Shown: in pieces, positions 25,938 through 34,799 of the stretch
Numbering within the stretch: the first letter of the stretch is position 1
Layout of the letters: each line of letters starts with the position of its first letter
Assembly (NCBI GenBank): GCA_021818925.1
Contig: JAKASU010000001.1
Span: 1,478-65,477 of the forward strand
Reading direction: 5' to 3'
Source: Candidatus Micrarchaeota archaeon
GTDB taxonomy: Archaea > Micrarchaeota > Micrarchaeia > Micrarchaeales > CABMGC01
Length of the DNA: 64,000 bases
Notes under the pieces: generated by a model
Told to the model about the DNA's origin: nothing
The model's input: the letters and a program-made list of their open reading frames with translations, nothing else
The model's database searches: none
Made by a program: the position numbers and the translations under genes

Positions 25938-26954
25938 ATGAAGCAAGTGACGAAAGTAAAGGAGCCCAGCATACTCATCAGGCCGCTCGGAAGGTTCGGC
26001 GGGCTCGACAACCTCCACCTTACTCTTGTCGTGCTCGTAGTCATACTGCTCGCCCTGCTCCTCGTGGTCTCCTACGGCAAGCCCATACTGGTAACGCAGA
26101 GCAACAACACAACCAGCAACACTTCCGCGGTGCATACGCCGCAGCAGATACGGGCGCTCGCAGAGCGCGTGCTGGCAAGCTACGCAGGCATAAACAGCTC
26201 ACTCTCGCTAATCCCGTACATATCGAACATAAGCAGCATGCGCGTAAGCTACCTCAACGCTAGCGGCCAATGGCTCGTGGAGCTGACGGCTAAGAACTTC
26301 GTCAATGGCGTGTCATTCAGCCTCGGGTTCCTGATAAACGACTCCAACACCTCGAAGATAACGCCGCTCCTTCAGAGCGTGCTGCCGGATCAGATATCTA
26401 ATAACAGAGTAGTCTCGAGCGGCGTGGTCTCTCTGGCAGGAAAGTACGCGTGCGCCAACCCCAAGCCCACGCAGGTGTACTGGTTTGTAGATCCATACGC
26501 GGTTGGTGGAGTGCAGAGCCTGCTCAATGCAAGCAGCATAAAGGACACGTACAGCAGTAACGTCAACCTCACGCTTAAGATATTTGTCGGCACGGACACG
26601 CAGCGCATAGGCTCCCAGGTTGGTCTGTTCGACGCGCTCTACCTGCCGAAATATGCGTTCTGCGCCTCGCAGCAGAGCAACTTCGCCGGATTCGCCATGG
26701 CGCTCAATGACGTTTACTCAGGCAACTATGTTCCGAAGAGCACTCTGGCGAGCATAGTGAACGAGTCAGGCCTCAATGTCACGCAAATCAACAGCTGCGT
26801 GAACGATTCGTCAAGCGTGATCAACACGCAGGCTCTCCTCGCGCAGTACTACAACATAACATCCACTCCTGTGGCGGTGGTTGACTGCCACTATCTTGCG
26901 CTTCCGCAGACCGTAAGAGAGGCGCTCTGCTATGCAAACCCGTCGTTGTGCTGA
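25938..26954 (+). CDS. N-terminally anchored extracytoplasmic DsbA-like protein lacking the CxxC active site
   Basis: A TM anchor is LTLVVLVVILLALLLVV. The DsbA/Thioredoxin_4-like pattern reads VYWFVDPYAVGG (where F.D..CP.C is expected) ..AFCASQQSNF..GLNVTQINSCV..ITSTPVAVV. Confidence 0.5.
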   Translation: MKQVTKVKEPSILIRPLGRFGGLDNLHLTLVVLVVILLALLLVVSYGKPILVTQSNNTTSNTSAVHTPQQIRALAERVLASYAGINSSLSLIPYISNISSMRVSYLNASGQWLVELTAKNFVNGVSFSLGFLINDSNTSKITPLLQSVLPDQISNNRVVSSGVVSLAGKYACANPKPTQVYWFVDPYAVGGVQSLLNASSIKDTYSSNVNLTLKIFVGTDTQRIGSQVGLFDALYLPKYAFCASQQSNFAGFAMALNDVYSGNYVPKSTLASIVNESGLNVTQINSCVNDSSSVINTQALLAQYYNITSTPVAVVDCHYLALPQTVREALCYANPSLC

Positions 26955-27444
26955 TTCGTTGAAACACATCATAGCAGGAATCGATCCCGGGAAGACGGCC
27001 GCGATAGCCTGTCTGGACCTTGACGGCAACGTGGTTAGGCTTGCCACCGGGAGGTTCGCAGGACTGCAGTGGTTCGTCGACACTATAGCTCAGACGGGAT
27101 CCCCGGTGGTGATTGCCGGAGACAAGAAGAGGCCCGACTACCTGACAGAGAAGCTCGCAAGCATCTTTGACGCCGTACTGTTCGTCCCTGAAACGGACAT
27201 AAGCGTGCTGAAGAAGAAAGACCTCACCCACCACGGCTTTGCGAACCCTCACGAACGCGATGCGCTCGCAGCTGCGCGAACGGCATACAGAGCCTATGCG
27301 GGCAAGCTGAGGCAGGCTGAGAGGCTTGCAAGCTCCAAGAGCGCAGAAGCGGACAGTATCAAGGCGATGGTGATAAAGAAGTATTCAGTGCACGAGGCGG
27401 TGACAGGCAGCGGTGCAGGTCGGAGGCTCGTACGGCGCACGTGA
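26932..27444 (+). CDS. DUF460-like RNase H-fold protein (short form)
   Basis: The sequence HIIAGIDPGKTAAIACLDLDGNVV..VVIAGDKK..HERDALAAA resembles the N-terminal RuvC/RNase H-like part of archaeal DUF460. The start is ATG 26932 (23-nt overlap) or TTG 26959. Confidence 0.5.
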   Translation: MQTRRCADSLKHIIAGIDPGKTAAIACLDLDGNVVRLATGRFAGLQWFVDTIAQTGSPVVIAGDKKRPDYLTEKLASIFDAVLFVPETDISVLKKKDLTHHGFANPHERDALAAARTAYRAYAGKLRQAERLASSKSAEADSIKAMVIKKYSVHEAVTGSGAGRRLVRRT

Positions 27445-27538
27445 GCAAGAAAAAGATTGATTTATATATTCCTACGAACAAAATAGAAAAATAATTGACT
27501 AACTTAGCAATAGCACATGACACTTAAACGGTGAAACG

Positions 27539-27853
27539 ATGGCTGAAGAAATGGAAGAAATTGGGGAGATCAGGCAGAGCAACATACCGGAGAACGTGGT
27601 CTACATCGGCAAGAAGCCAGCGATGAACTACGTGCTAGCTGTTGTGACACAGTTCAACAACGGCGCCAAGAGCGTGAAGATAAAGGCGAGGGGAAACACG
27701 ATATCTAGGGCGGTGGACGTCGCGGAAATAGCCAGGAACAGGTTCCTCCAGGAAGCCAAGGTCGGCAGCATAGCCATCAACTCAGAGGAGTTGCAGAACG
27801 AGGATGGCACTAAGTCGAAGGTTAGCACCATAGAGATAATACTGGCCAAGTAA
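27539..27853 (+). CDS. albA: DNA/RNA-binding protein Alba
   Basis: The sequence reads [46 protein letters not shown]. Confidence 0.9.
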   Translation: MAEEMEEIGEIRQSNIPENVVYIGKKPAMNYVLAVVTQFNNGAKSVKIKARGNTISRAVDVAEIARNRFLQEAKVGSIAINSEELQNEDGTKSKVSTIEIILAK

Positions 27854-27857
27854 CGGG

Positions 27858-28238
27858 TCAGAACAGCTTTTTCTTGTGCCTTTGCGCAATCTCGGTGGAG
27901 CTAACAACGCCGACGCACCTCATCTCGATTATCGAGTCTACCACCGGCAGCCTGTTAAGCTTGTTCTCCACCATTATCTTCGCCGCCTTCTCCGGCCTGT
28001 CCCTCTCCTCAACGAATATCTTTCTGAGGTGCATGCTGCCAACGTTCCGTTCATCTCCCCAGCGCTCGAGCTGCCTTTCCGCCTCGTCGAGCGTCAGCAC
28101 CCCGTAAAGCGTTCTTCCGTCAAGCACGGGGATTGCGGTGACCCTCGCGCCCCTCATCAGTCTTATTGCAGTGCTGAGGCTGGACACTCTCGATACCGCT
28201 ATCAGGCGGCTCTCCATCAGGTCCCCGACTTTCGTCAC
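27858..28238 (-). CDS. CBS-pair domain protein
   Basis: Two CBS-like repeats are present (..VTAIPVLDG.. and ..LNRLPVVDS..). Confidence 0.8.
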   Translation of the reverse strand: MTKVGDLMESRLIAVSRVSSLSTAIRLMRGARVTAIPVLDGRTLYGVLTLDEAERQLERWGDERNVGSMHLRKIFVEERDRPEKAAKIMVENKLNRLPVVDSIIEMRCVGVVSSTEIAQRHKKKLF

Positions 28239-28327
28239 GCACTCGTTGATGATTGGGAAATACGCTTTTAATTCTTTTATGCGGAAAGTGGTTTAGAGGA
28301 AGAAGCGAGGGCTTCTCCGGGTTTTTC

Positions 28328-29002
28328 ATGGCAACATTCAAGCTATTGGACAGGGGCAGGGCAAAGCGCGCGATTGACCTGCTCGAGAAGGAGTACAAGG
28401 ACTCAAAGTACTACCTCAGCTTCAAGACCCCAATAGACCTGCTTGTCGCTGCAATTCTGTCAGCGCAGACACGCGACGAGGTAACAAATTCGGTAACGCC
28501 AGAGCTGTTCAAGCGCTACAAGACGGCAGGGGACTACGCTAACGCGAGGCCGGAAGAACTGAGCAAGCTGATAAGCCGTGTTACCTTCTTCGGAAACAAG
28601 GCCAAGAGCATAATCAACGCCTGCAGGATCATAGTCGAGAAGTACGACGGCCGGGTGCCGAAGAGCATGGAAGAGCTCCTTGAGCTGCCGGGCGTGGGCA
28701 GGAAGACAGCGAACACGATACTGATCAACGCGTACGGCATAGTGGAGGGCATACCCGTTGACACATGGGTGATAAAGCTCTCTGGCCGGATAGGACTGAG
28801 CAGGGAGAGCGACCCTGACAAGATAGAAGACGAGCTCGAGGCGTATGTTGACAGGAAGTATTGGAAGAACATAACCTATGTACTCAAGGCGCACGGCAAA
28901 AAGATTTGCCAATCGCGGGTTCCGATCTGCAGCCAGTGCCCGATAGGCCCTGGGAGCCGAAACCCCATCTGCCCGCAGAACGGGGTCACTGAGAGCAGGT
29001 GA
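28328..29002 (+). CDS. nth: Endonuclease III (HhH-GPD, 4Fe-4S)
   Basis: The HhH motif is LLELPGVGRKTANTIL and the C-terminal Cys cluster is CQSRVPICSQCP..ICP. ATG 28328 is preferred over the track start 28253. Confidence 0.9.
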   Translation: MATFKLLDRGRAKRAIDLLEKEYKDSKYYLSFKTPIDLLVAAILSAQTRDEVTNSVTPELFKRYKTAGDYANARPEELSKLISRVTFFGNKAKSIINACRIIVEKYDGRVPKSMEELLELPGVGRKTANTILINAYGIVEGIPVDTWVIKLSGRIGLSRESDPDKIEDELEAYVDRKYWKNITYVLKAHGKKICQSRVPICSQCPIGPGSRNPICPQNGVTESR

Positions 29003-29003
29003 T

Positions 29004-30302
29004 TTGTTGGAATTTATATGTGAGCTGCACACGCACTCCAGATTCGCTGGTGCGTGCAGCGACAAACTCACTTTGCAGAACATGGATTCTACTGCGCGAA
29101 CGAAGGGCATAGGGATAATAGGGACGGGCGATTTCACCCATCCTAAATGGTTCATGGAGATAAAGGAGAAAATGGCGTCTCAGGGCAACGGCCTCTTCAG
29201 ACTCTCCGGCTCCAACACCCGAGTCAATTTCATACTCAGCGGCGAGGTGTGCACGATATTCCCTAAGGTCAAGGGTGGGAGCGCGGGCATGTTCGACCGC
29301 ACAGGCAATGTTGCAAAGATACACCACTGCATCTTGCTGCCCGACCTGGATACCGTGGCACAGGTGAACGAAGCTCTGGCCAGGTTCGGCAACCCCTCGA
29401 TTGACGGGAGGCCGCAGCTCAGCATGAGTGCCGCAGAGCTTGTGGAGACGGTGATGGAGATAAACAGCGATGCCTTCGTCTTCCCCGCACACGTCTGGAC
29501 CCCGTGGTTCGGTGTGTTCGGATCGATGGGGGGCTTCGACTCGGTAGAGGAGGCATACGAGGATCAGGCCAAGCACATCCACGCCCTTGAAACAGGGCTC
29601 TCCGCGGACCCAGCGATGTTCTGGCGCATCTCAAAGCTGGACAAGTATGCGATAATCTCCAGCGGCGACGCGCACTCGCTTCCGAAGCTCGGCAGAGAGG
29701 CTACTGTCTTCGAGTTCGGGGAGAAGGAATTGTCGTACGGCGCCGTTGTAGATGCCATAAAGGGCAGGAGGGTGAAACGCACTATAGAGTTCTACCCTGA
29801 GGAGGGCAAGTACCACTACGATGGCCACAGGAAGTGCGGAGTGTCTCTCAGCCCCGAGGATGCGAAGAGGTACAACAACATCTGCCCGGTGTGCAGGAAG
29901 AAATTCACACTTGGAGTGTTGCACAGGGTCGACGGCCTTGCAGATCGCGGAGAGGGATATGTTCCTGAGGGCGCGCAGCGGTACACGCATGCGATACCCC
30001 TCAATGAGGTCATTGCTTTCGTGAGCGGAAAAGGGGTGGCTTCGGCCTACGTTGCGGATGCGTACTCAAGGCTTGTGGAGCGCTTCGGGACTGAGTTCAA
30101 TGTGCTTCTTAACTCCAGCATAGACAGCATACGCGAATCCGATCCTAAAATTGCAGAGGCGATAGGCAATGTAAGGAGCAATAGAGTAAGCATCAAGCCA
30201 GGCTACGACGGGGTTTTCGGAGTGATTGACATACTCAAGCCTGTCGATCCAGGCGCGCAGCGCAAGACGGCATACGGCCAAAGGACTATTTCCGACCTCT
30301 GA
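29004..30302 (+). CDS. endoQ: Endonuclease Q (PHP domain plus zinc finger)
   Basis: Motifs are ELHTHSRF, GTGDFTHPKW, PAHVWTPWF, LETGLSADPAM, SSGDAHS, GKYHYDGHRKC..CPVCRKKFTLGV and KPGYDGVFG. They are collinear with the Pyrococcus EndoQ pattern as I recall it. The TTG start lies 2 nt after the nth stop. Confidence 0.8.
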   Translation: MLEFICELHTHSRFAGACSDKLTLQNMDSTARTKGIGIIGTGDFTHPKWFMEIKEKMASQGNGLFRLSGSNTRVNFILSGEVCTIFPKVKGGSAGMFDRTGNVAKIHHCILLPDLDTVAQVNEALARFGNPSIDGRPQLSMSAAELVETVMEINSDAFVFPAHVWTPWFGVFGSMGGFDSVEEAYEDQAKHIHALETGLSADPAMFWRISKLDKYAIISSGDAHSLPKLGREATVFEFGEKELSYGAVVDAIKGRRVKRTIEFYPEEGKYHYDGHRKCGVSLSPEDAKRYNNICPVCRKKFTLGVLHRVDGLADRGEGYVPEGAQRYTHAIPLNEVIAFVSGKGVASAYVADAYSRLVERFGTEFNVLLNSSIDSIRESDPKIAEAIGNVRSNRVSIKPGYDGVFGVIDILKPVDPGAQRKTAYGQRTISDL

Positions 30303-30394
30303 CTTATTTGCGAGCAAAAATACGGCTTCTTTCGCAGTTTGGTTTCCGACACAATCCAGAATCCATTTAAACCTTAACCCGTAAAAGTATCTCA

Positions 30395-32161
30395 ATGAGC
30401 GATCTTAAGCCAGCGGTGCTGCTAGCAACCCTACTCATGCTGTTTTTCAGCGTGAACGCATACGTGACGACCATTCACGCCCCCGCGGTCATAGAGGGCC
30501 AGAACGCAGGCACCCTTACCCAATTCACGCTCAATCTCACCCCAGGCAACGGCGTCGTACAGATCAAAGGGCCCGCGGTCGTGGATCAGAACACGTTAGC
30601 TTCCGCACAGACTGCCGCGGCGTACGCAGCCTCGTTTCTAGGCCTGCAGGAGAAAAACTACAATTTCAACTATACAATAAGCGACTCGTCCCTTAATGTT
30701 TCCGGTCCCAGCGGAGGTTTAGCATTCACTCTTCTTGCAATAGCCGGGCTGGAACACAGGCAGCTTGCCCAGAACTTTACGGTCACAGGCACCATTTCTC
30801 CAAACGGGACTGTCGGACTGATAGGCGGCATTATCGACAAAAGCAACGCAGCAAGAGGAGGAGGTATGCGTTTCATACTAGTCCCGTATACTTCCAACGG
30901 CACCATCGAATCGCTTCTCTACTACATATCCCAGCAGATAAACAACATACCTGCTGTTGAGGTAGCGAACGTTTCGCAGGCTCTCCCGTACGCGTTCGGA
31001 GAAAAGAGCCCGGTGCCGCTCACCATAAATATGACCCAGACCTTCAATCTCGGAGCCATAGGCAACGCGAATGTAAGCTGCACTGGCTGCAACATCAGCG
31101 CGTTCGGGCAGTTGGCCAACTACACTTTCAATGTGACTATGTCTGAGGTTAATTCTCTCCCGAGCAACTTCAGCTCAGCAAAGCAGCAATTTGCAGCAAA
31201 CCTAAACAACTACAAGGGGCTTGAAGCGGACGGTTTCCTCTACACATCTGCAGACTTTGAATTCCTGAACTTCATAAACGCGTTCACACTGGCAAACTAC
31301 AGGAACTACACAGTAGCCAACGCCACCAACCTGCTTGATAACATCTCCAGTTACTGCGATTCGCTCGTGATGCCCCCGCTCACCACCCAGAACTACGAGT
31401 TCGCAATAGGCGGGAGAATAAGGCAGTACTGGGCCAACATTACCCTAGCAAACGCTGATCAGCAGCTAGCATCTGAGCAAACTACTGACGGCATAATCGA
31501 AAGTGTCTACACCGCCGCTTCGGCCCTAGGATGGTGCAAGGCGTCCTCGGAACTTTACTCGCTGGCATCTTCAATGGGCGGCTCTTACGTTGATGTATCT
31601 CCCAGCCTGAGAAGCGCAGCCGCAGCCGCAGTAAACAAGGCGCAAAGCCTGGGCAGCGGGCTGTACGTCGATACCGCGGTGCGCGCGTATAACGATGGCG
31701 ACTACCCGGTGGCACTTTACGCGGCGGCATACGCCAACGCATTCGAGAAGCCCACACCCAACTACAGCACGTCACAGCTGTACTCAAAGACGCTCAGTAA
31801 CATAGCAAATTCAACCAACGGCACCTGGCCGTCGCAGTTCGCTATACAGTCTGAATTCTACTTCAGGCAGTCGCTGCTTTCCAATGGCACAAACAGAACA
31901 AGCTACGCTGACCAGGCGTACACAACGTCGCTGCTAGCATCCATGCTTGCGGGCGCTGACGCGCAGATAAACAGCTCCTTCATGATATCAAGTCAGCCAG
32001 CCGCAGTCTCGCAGCAGCTCACCGACCAGATAAGCAGCATAGAGCAGAGCGTCTCCCAGATCTACGTCCTGCTGCTCGTCAACGCCGTCCTGCTCTTCGT
32101 GGTGCTTGTGGTGCTGCTCGCCCACATCCTGCCGAGTAAGCGACGTTCACGTCACAGATAG
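30395..32161 (+). CDS. Secreted, C-terminally anchored protein with an N-terminal Lon-protease-like (S16) catalytic domain
   Basis: The signal peptide is MSDLKPAVLLATLLMLFFSVNAYV. The sequence VSGPSGGLAFTL..VTGTISPNGTVGLIGGIIDKSNAA gives an S16 Ser-Lys dyad context. The C-terminal TM reads VLLLVNAVLLFVVLVVLLAHI. Confidence 0.65.
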   Translation: MSDLKPAVLLATLLMLFFSVNAYVTTIHAPAVIEGQNAGTLTQFTLNLTPGNGVVQIKGPAVVDQNTLASAQTAAAYAASFLGLQEKNYNFNYTISDSSLNVSGPSGGLAFTLLAIAGLEHRQLAQNFTVTGTISPNGTVGLIGGIIDKSNAARGGGMRFILVPYTSNGTIESLLYYISQQINNIPAVEVANVSQALPYAFGEKSPVPLTINMTQTFNLGAIGNANVSCTGCNISAFGQLANYTFNVTMSEVNSLPSNFSSAKQQFAANLNNYKGLEADGFLYTSADFEFLNFINAFTLANYRNYTVANATNLLDNISSYCDSLVMPPLTTQNYEFAIGGRIRQYWANITLANADQQLASEQTTDGIIESVYTAASALGWCKASSELYSLASSMGGSYVDVSPSLRSAAAAAVNKAQSLGSGLYVDTAVRAYNDGDYPVALYAAAYANAFEKPTPNYSTSQLYSKTLSNIANSTNGTWPSQFAIQSEFYFRQSLLSNGTNRTSYADQAYTTSLLASMLAGADAQINSSFMISSQPAAVSQQLTDQISSIEQSVSQIYVLLLVNAVLLFVVLVVLLAHILPSKRRSRHR

Positions 32162-33027
32162 AAGGCCGCTGAGGCGAGTATCGCTATCAGTGCAAGTCCC
32201 ATCGCTAAGAGCGACACGTTTCTTGTTTTTTCGTAGAACTTCCTCTTGGCAGAATAGACGTAGCCGAGGCCCACATAGAGCAACATTAGGTCGCTTACGA
32301 TTATCGGCACCGCATATGCCCAATTCAGCATGAACGGCGGAACCGAGGAAAAGAGGTAGCCGCTTATTGCTATCGCAATGGCATAGAGCGCGAATGCGGA
32401 AACAGACGCGCCATGCACTCCTATTACGCGTGGCAGCGTTCTCACCTTTCTCACCTTGACGTCACCACCGTAGTCTCTTATAGTTCCGTGTATCTCCCTG
32501 GCAAGGCCGCTCATGAACACCATGACGCTTATCGGCACTATCGCCCACACGAGCGATTCGCTCACCACGTAGTTGCCGAATACGAACGGTATGACCATCG
32601 TGAGCGCTATGTAGGCGTTGCCCAAGAGGAAGACCTCTTTCAGCTTGTAGCTGTACAATACCGCAAGCCCTGCGAATAAAGCAGCGATCACGAAGGTATA
32701 TGTGTTGATTAGCGCGCTTGCAGTTATGCCCACGGCGAAACAGGCCACGGCCACGTATACCGCATCTATGGGCCTTAGCTCCTGTGTGACCAGCGGCCTG
32801 TTCTTCATGTTTAGTCTGTCTACTTTCACGTCGAAGTAGTCGTTGACTGCGAACGAGGCCATGCTGATGAAGATAGGTGTTATCAGGCTGAGTATCAGCA
32901 CCTGGGCCGTAGGAAGGCTCCCTGCAAGTAGCTCAGCAGCAATTACCGCTACGACCAGCATGGCACTGTGTTCTATCCTTGTGAGCCTCAGCACCGCCGT
33001 AAACTTTCCCATGCGATTACTTGCCAA
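32152..33027 (-). CDS. UbiA-family prenyltransferase (DGGGP synthase-like)
   Basis: The motif is NDYFDVKVDRLNMKNRPLV, with about 8 TM helices and 291 aa. Confidence 0.75.
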   Translation of the reverse strand: MASNRMGKFTAVLRLTRIEHSAMLVVAVIAAELLAGSLPTAQVLILSLITPIFISMASFAVNDYFDVKVDRLNMKNRPLVTQELRPIDAVYVAVACFAVGITASALINTYTFVIAALFAGLAVLYSYKLKEVFLLGNAYIALTMVIPFVFGNYVVSESLVWAIVPISVMVFMSGLAREIHGTIRDYGGDVKVRKVRTLPRVIGVHGASVSAFALYAIAIAISGYLFSSVPPFMLNWAYAVPIIVSDLMLLYVGLGYVYSAKRKFYEKTRNVSLLAMGLALIAILASAAFYL

Positions 33028-33081
33028 AGAAAGTATAATAAATAACTAACAGGAATAGATAGCAAAAAGCCTTTTCGAAAC

Positions 33082-33987
33082 GTGAAATTCATGACGGAAA
33101 AAATGCCACTTAAAGCGCTCCCGGAGCACAACCTCTTCGGACTCGAAGGCCAGACGTACGAGAAGTCGAAGGTCGTGGTGCTGCCAGTGCCATATGACTC
33201 TACCGTGACCTATAAGTCAGGCACTAGGGAAGGCCCGCACGCGATAATAGACGCGAGCAGGAACATCGAGCTCTATAGCTATGAGACGGGATCTGACCCG
33301 AGCAAGATGGGGATATACACGCTGCCGAGCATGGAGCCCGACGTCAGTTCGCCTGAGGGCATGATAGCTGCGGTGAAGAAAGAGGTGGGCCTGATACTAG
33401 ACGATGGCAAGCTGCCTCTCGTCCTCGGAGGCGAGCACACCATCACCCTCGGCGCGCTCGGAGCACTGAAGGACAGGAAGAAGGACCTTAGTGTGATACA
33501 CTTCGATGCGCATTCTGACACCAGGGACGAGCTTTTCGGTAGCAGGTACATGCATGCAACCGTCATGAAGAGGGCAATGGAGATGTACAGTGATGTGTTC
33601 CAGGTCGGAATAAGGAGCGTCGATTCGGCTTACGCCGGAAGGTTCGACAGAGAAAGGGTGATGTTCATAGATGACGTGCAGAACCTTGGTGCAAAGGAGG
33701 TGGCGTCAAGGATAGCCGACTCTACAAAGGAGAACATTTATGTAACGGTGGATTTCGACGTCCTCGACCCCGGCGAGATGCCCAGCGTGGGCACCCCGGA
33801 GCCGAACGGCATGCACTTCACCGAACTTATGCAGGTAATGAGGAGCATAGGGGACAAGAAGAGGCTGTGCGGAATAGATTTTGTGGAACTCTGCCCGATA
33901 CCGTATCTCCATGCCCCTGACTATCTAGCCGCGAAACTGATATACCTGACTCTTGGATACTTCGCGTCAAGCAGCGTGTCGAAATGA
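33082..33987 (+). CDS. speB: Agmatinase (ureohydrolase family)
   Basis: Motifs are GGEHTIT, IHFDAHSDT and VTVDFDVLDPG..GTPEPNG. The start is GTG 33082 or ATG 33091. Confidence 0.85.
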   Translation: MKFMTEKMPLKALPEHNLFGLEGQTYEKSKVVVLPVPYDSTVTYKSGTREGPHAIIDASRNIELYSYETGSDPSKMGIYTLPSMEPDVSSPEGMIAAVKKEVGLILDDGKLPLVLGGEHTITLGALGALKDRKKDLSVIHFDAHSDTRDELFGSRYMHATVMKRAMEMYSDVFQVGIRSVDSAYAGRFDRERVMFIDDVQNLGAKEVASRIADSTKENIYVTVDFDVLDPGEMPSVGTPEPNGMHFTELMQVMRSIGDKKRLCGIDFVELCPIPYLHAPDYLAAKLIYLTLGYFASSSVSK

Positions 33988-34799
33988 GAAAGTTTACTGC
34001 TCCCGCGCTGTTGTTCATATTCTTGTTTACAGGGGTGGCTTCGGCTGGCACTGTGATCCTGACCGGATCGTGCAGCACTCCAAATCCGCAGAACTCGACG
34101 TTCCTGTTCAACCTTTCAAACAGCGGAAACGACTCCGCCATCAACCTTGCGATCATTCCACACATAAGCGGCGCGACCCCAAGCAACTCATCCTATGAAA
34201 TCAGCTCCCTTCCGCCTGGGTCAAACACTACGATTTCCATCAGAGTTTCCAACATAACAGAGAAGGGCGCCCACACGGCAGTGCTCACAAGCGACTACGA
34301 GCAAGGCAGCTCCCATTTCAGCGCCATATTCCCATGCCTGCTCTACTTCTCAAATAGGACAACGTCGCAGATTGAGATTGCGGTATATCCCAGCAGCCTC
34401 CAGGACGGGAACTCCGAGATAACGGTTACTGCGTTCAACGCAGGATCTAACAGCATTAGAGCTAACCTTTCTCTTGCCCTCCCCCCTGTCTTCAATTACA
34501 CAGGAACATCTTATCCCCTCGATCTCGCTCCAAACGCGTATGAAAACGTAACTTTCCAAGTGTCTCTCCTGCCTTCGTCGTTGGGCGGCATGTACTCTAC
34601 ATACGGAGCGGCGGCTTTCGCTTCGTATTCTATCGGCAACAGCTCGTACGCCACCATGCGTACATTCTCGATAAACCCGGCTACGCAGTCAGCGTATGGA
34701 GGAGGATCGATTATCTTTATAGCGGCAGCAATTGCAGTTTTCGCGGTAGCTGCTCTCACGCTGTTTTCCATACTCAGAAAGAAGCGGAGGCGTGGCTAG
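33984..34799 (+). CDS. Secreted, C-terminally anchored CARDB-like surface protein
   Basis: It has a signal peptide ending ..FTGVASAG, a sequon-rich body and a C-terminal TM plus RKKRRRG tail. Confidence 0.55.
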   Translation: MRKFTAPALLFIFLFTGVASAGTVILTGSCSTPNPQNSTFLFNLSNSGNDSAINLAIIPHISGATPSNSSYEISSLPPGSNTTISIRVSNITEKGAHTAVLTSDYEQGSSHFSAIFPCLLYFSNRTTSQIEIAVYPSSLQDGNSEITVTAFNAGSNSIRANLSLALPPVFNYTGTSYPLDLAPNAYENVTFQVSLLPSSLGGMYSTYGAAAFASYSIGNSSYATMRTFSINPATQSAYGGGSIIFIAAAIAVFAVAALTLFSILRKKRRRG

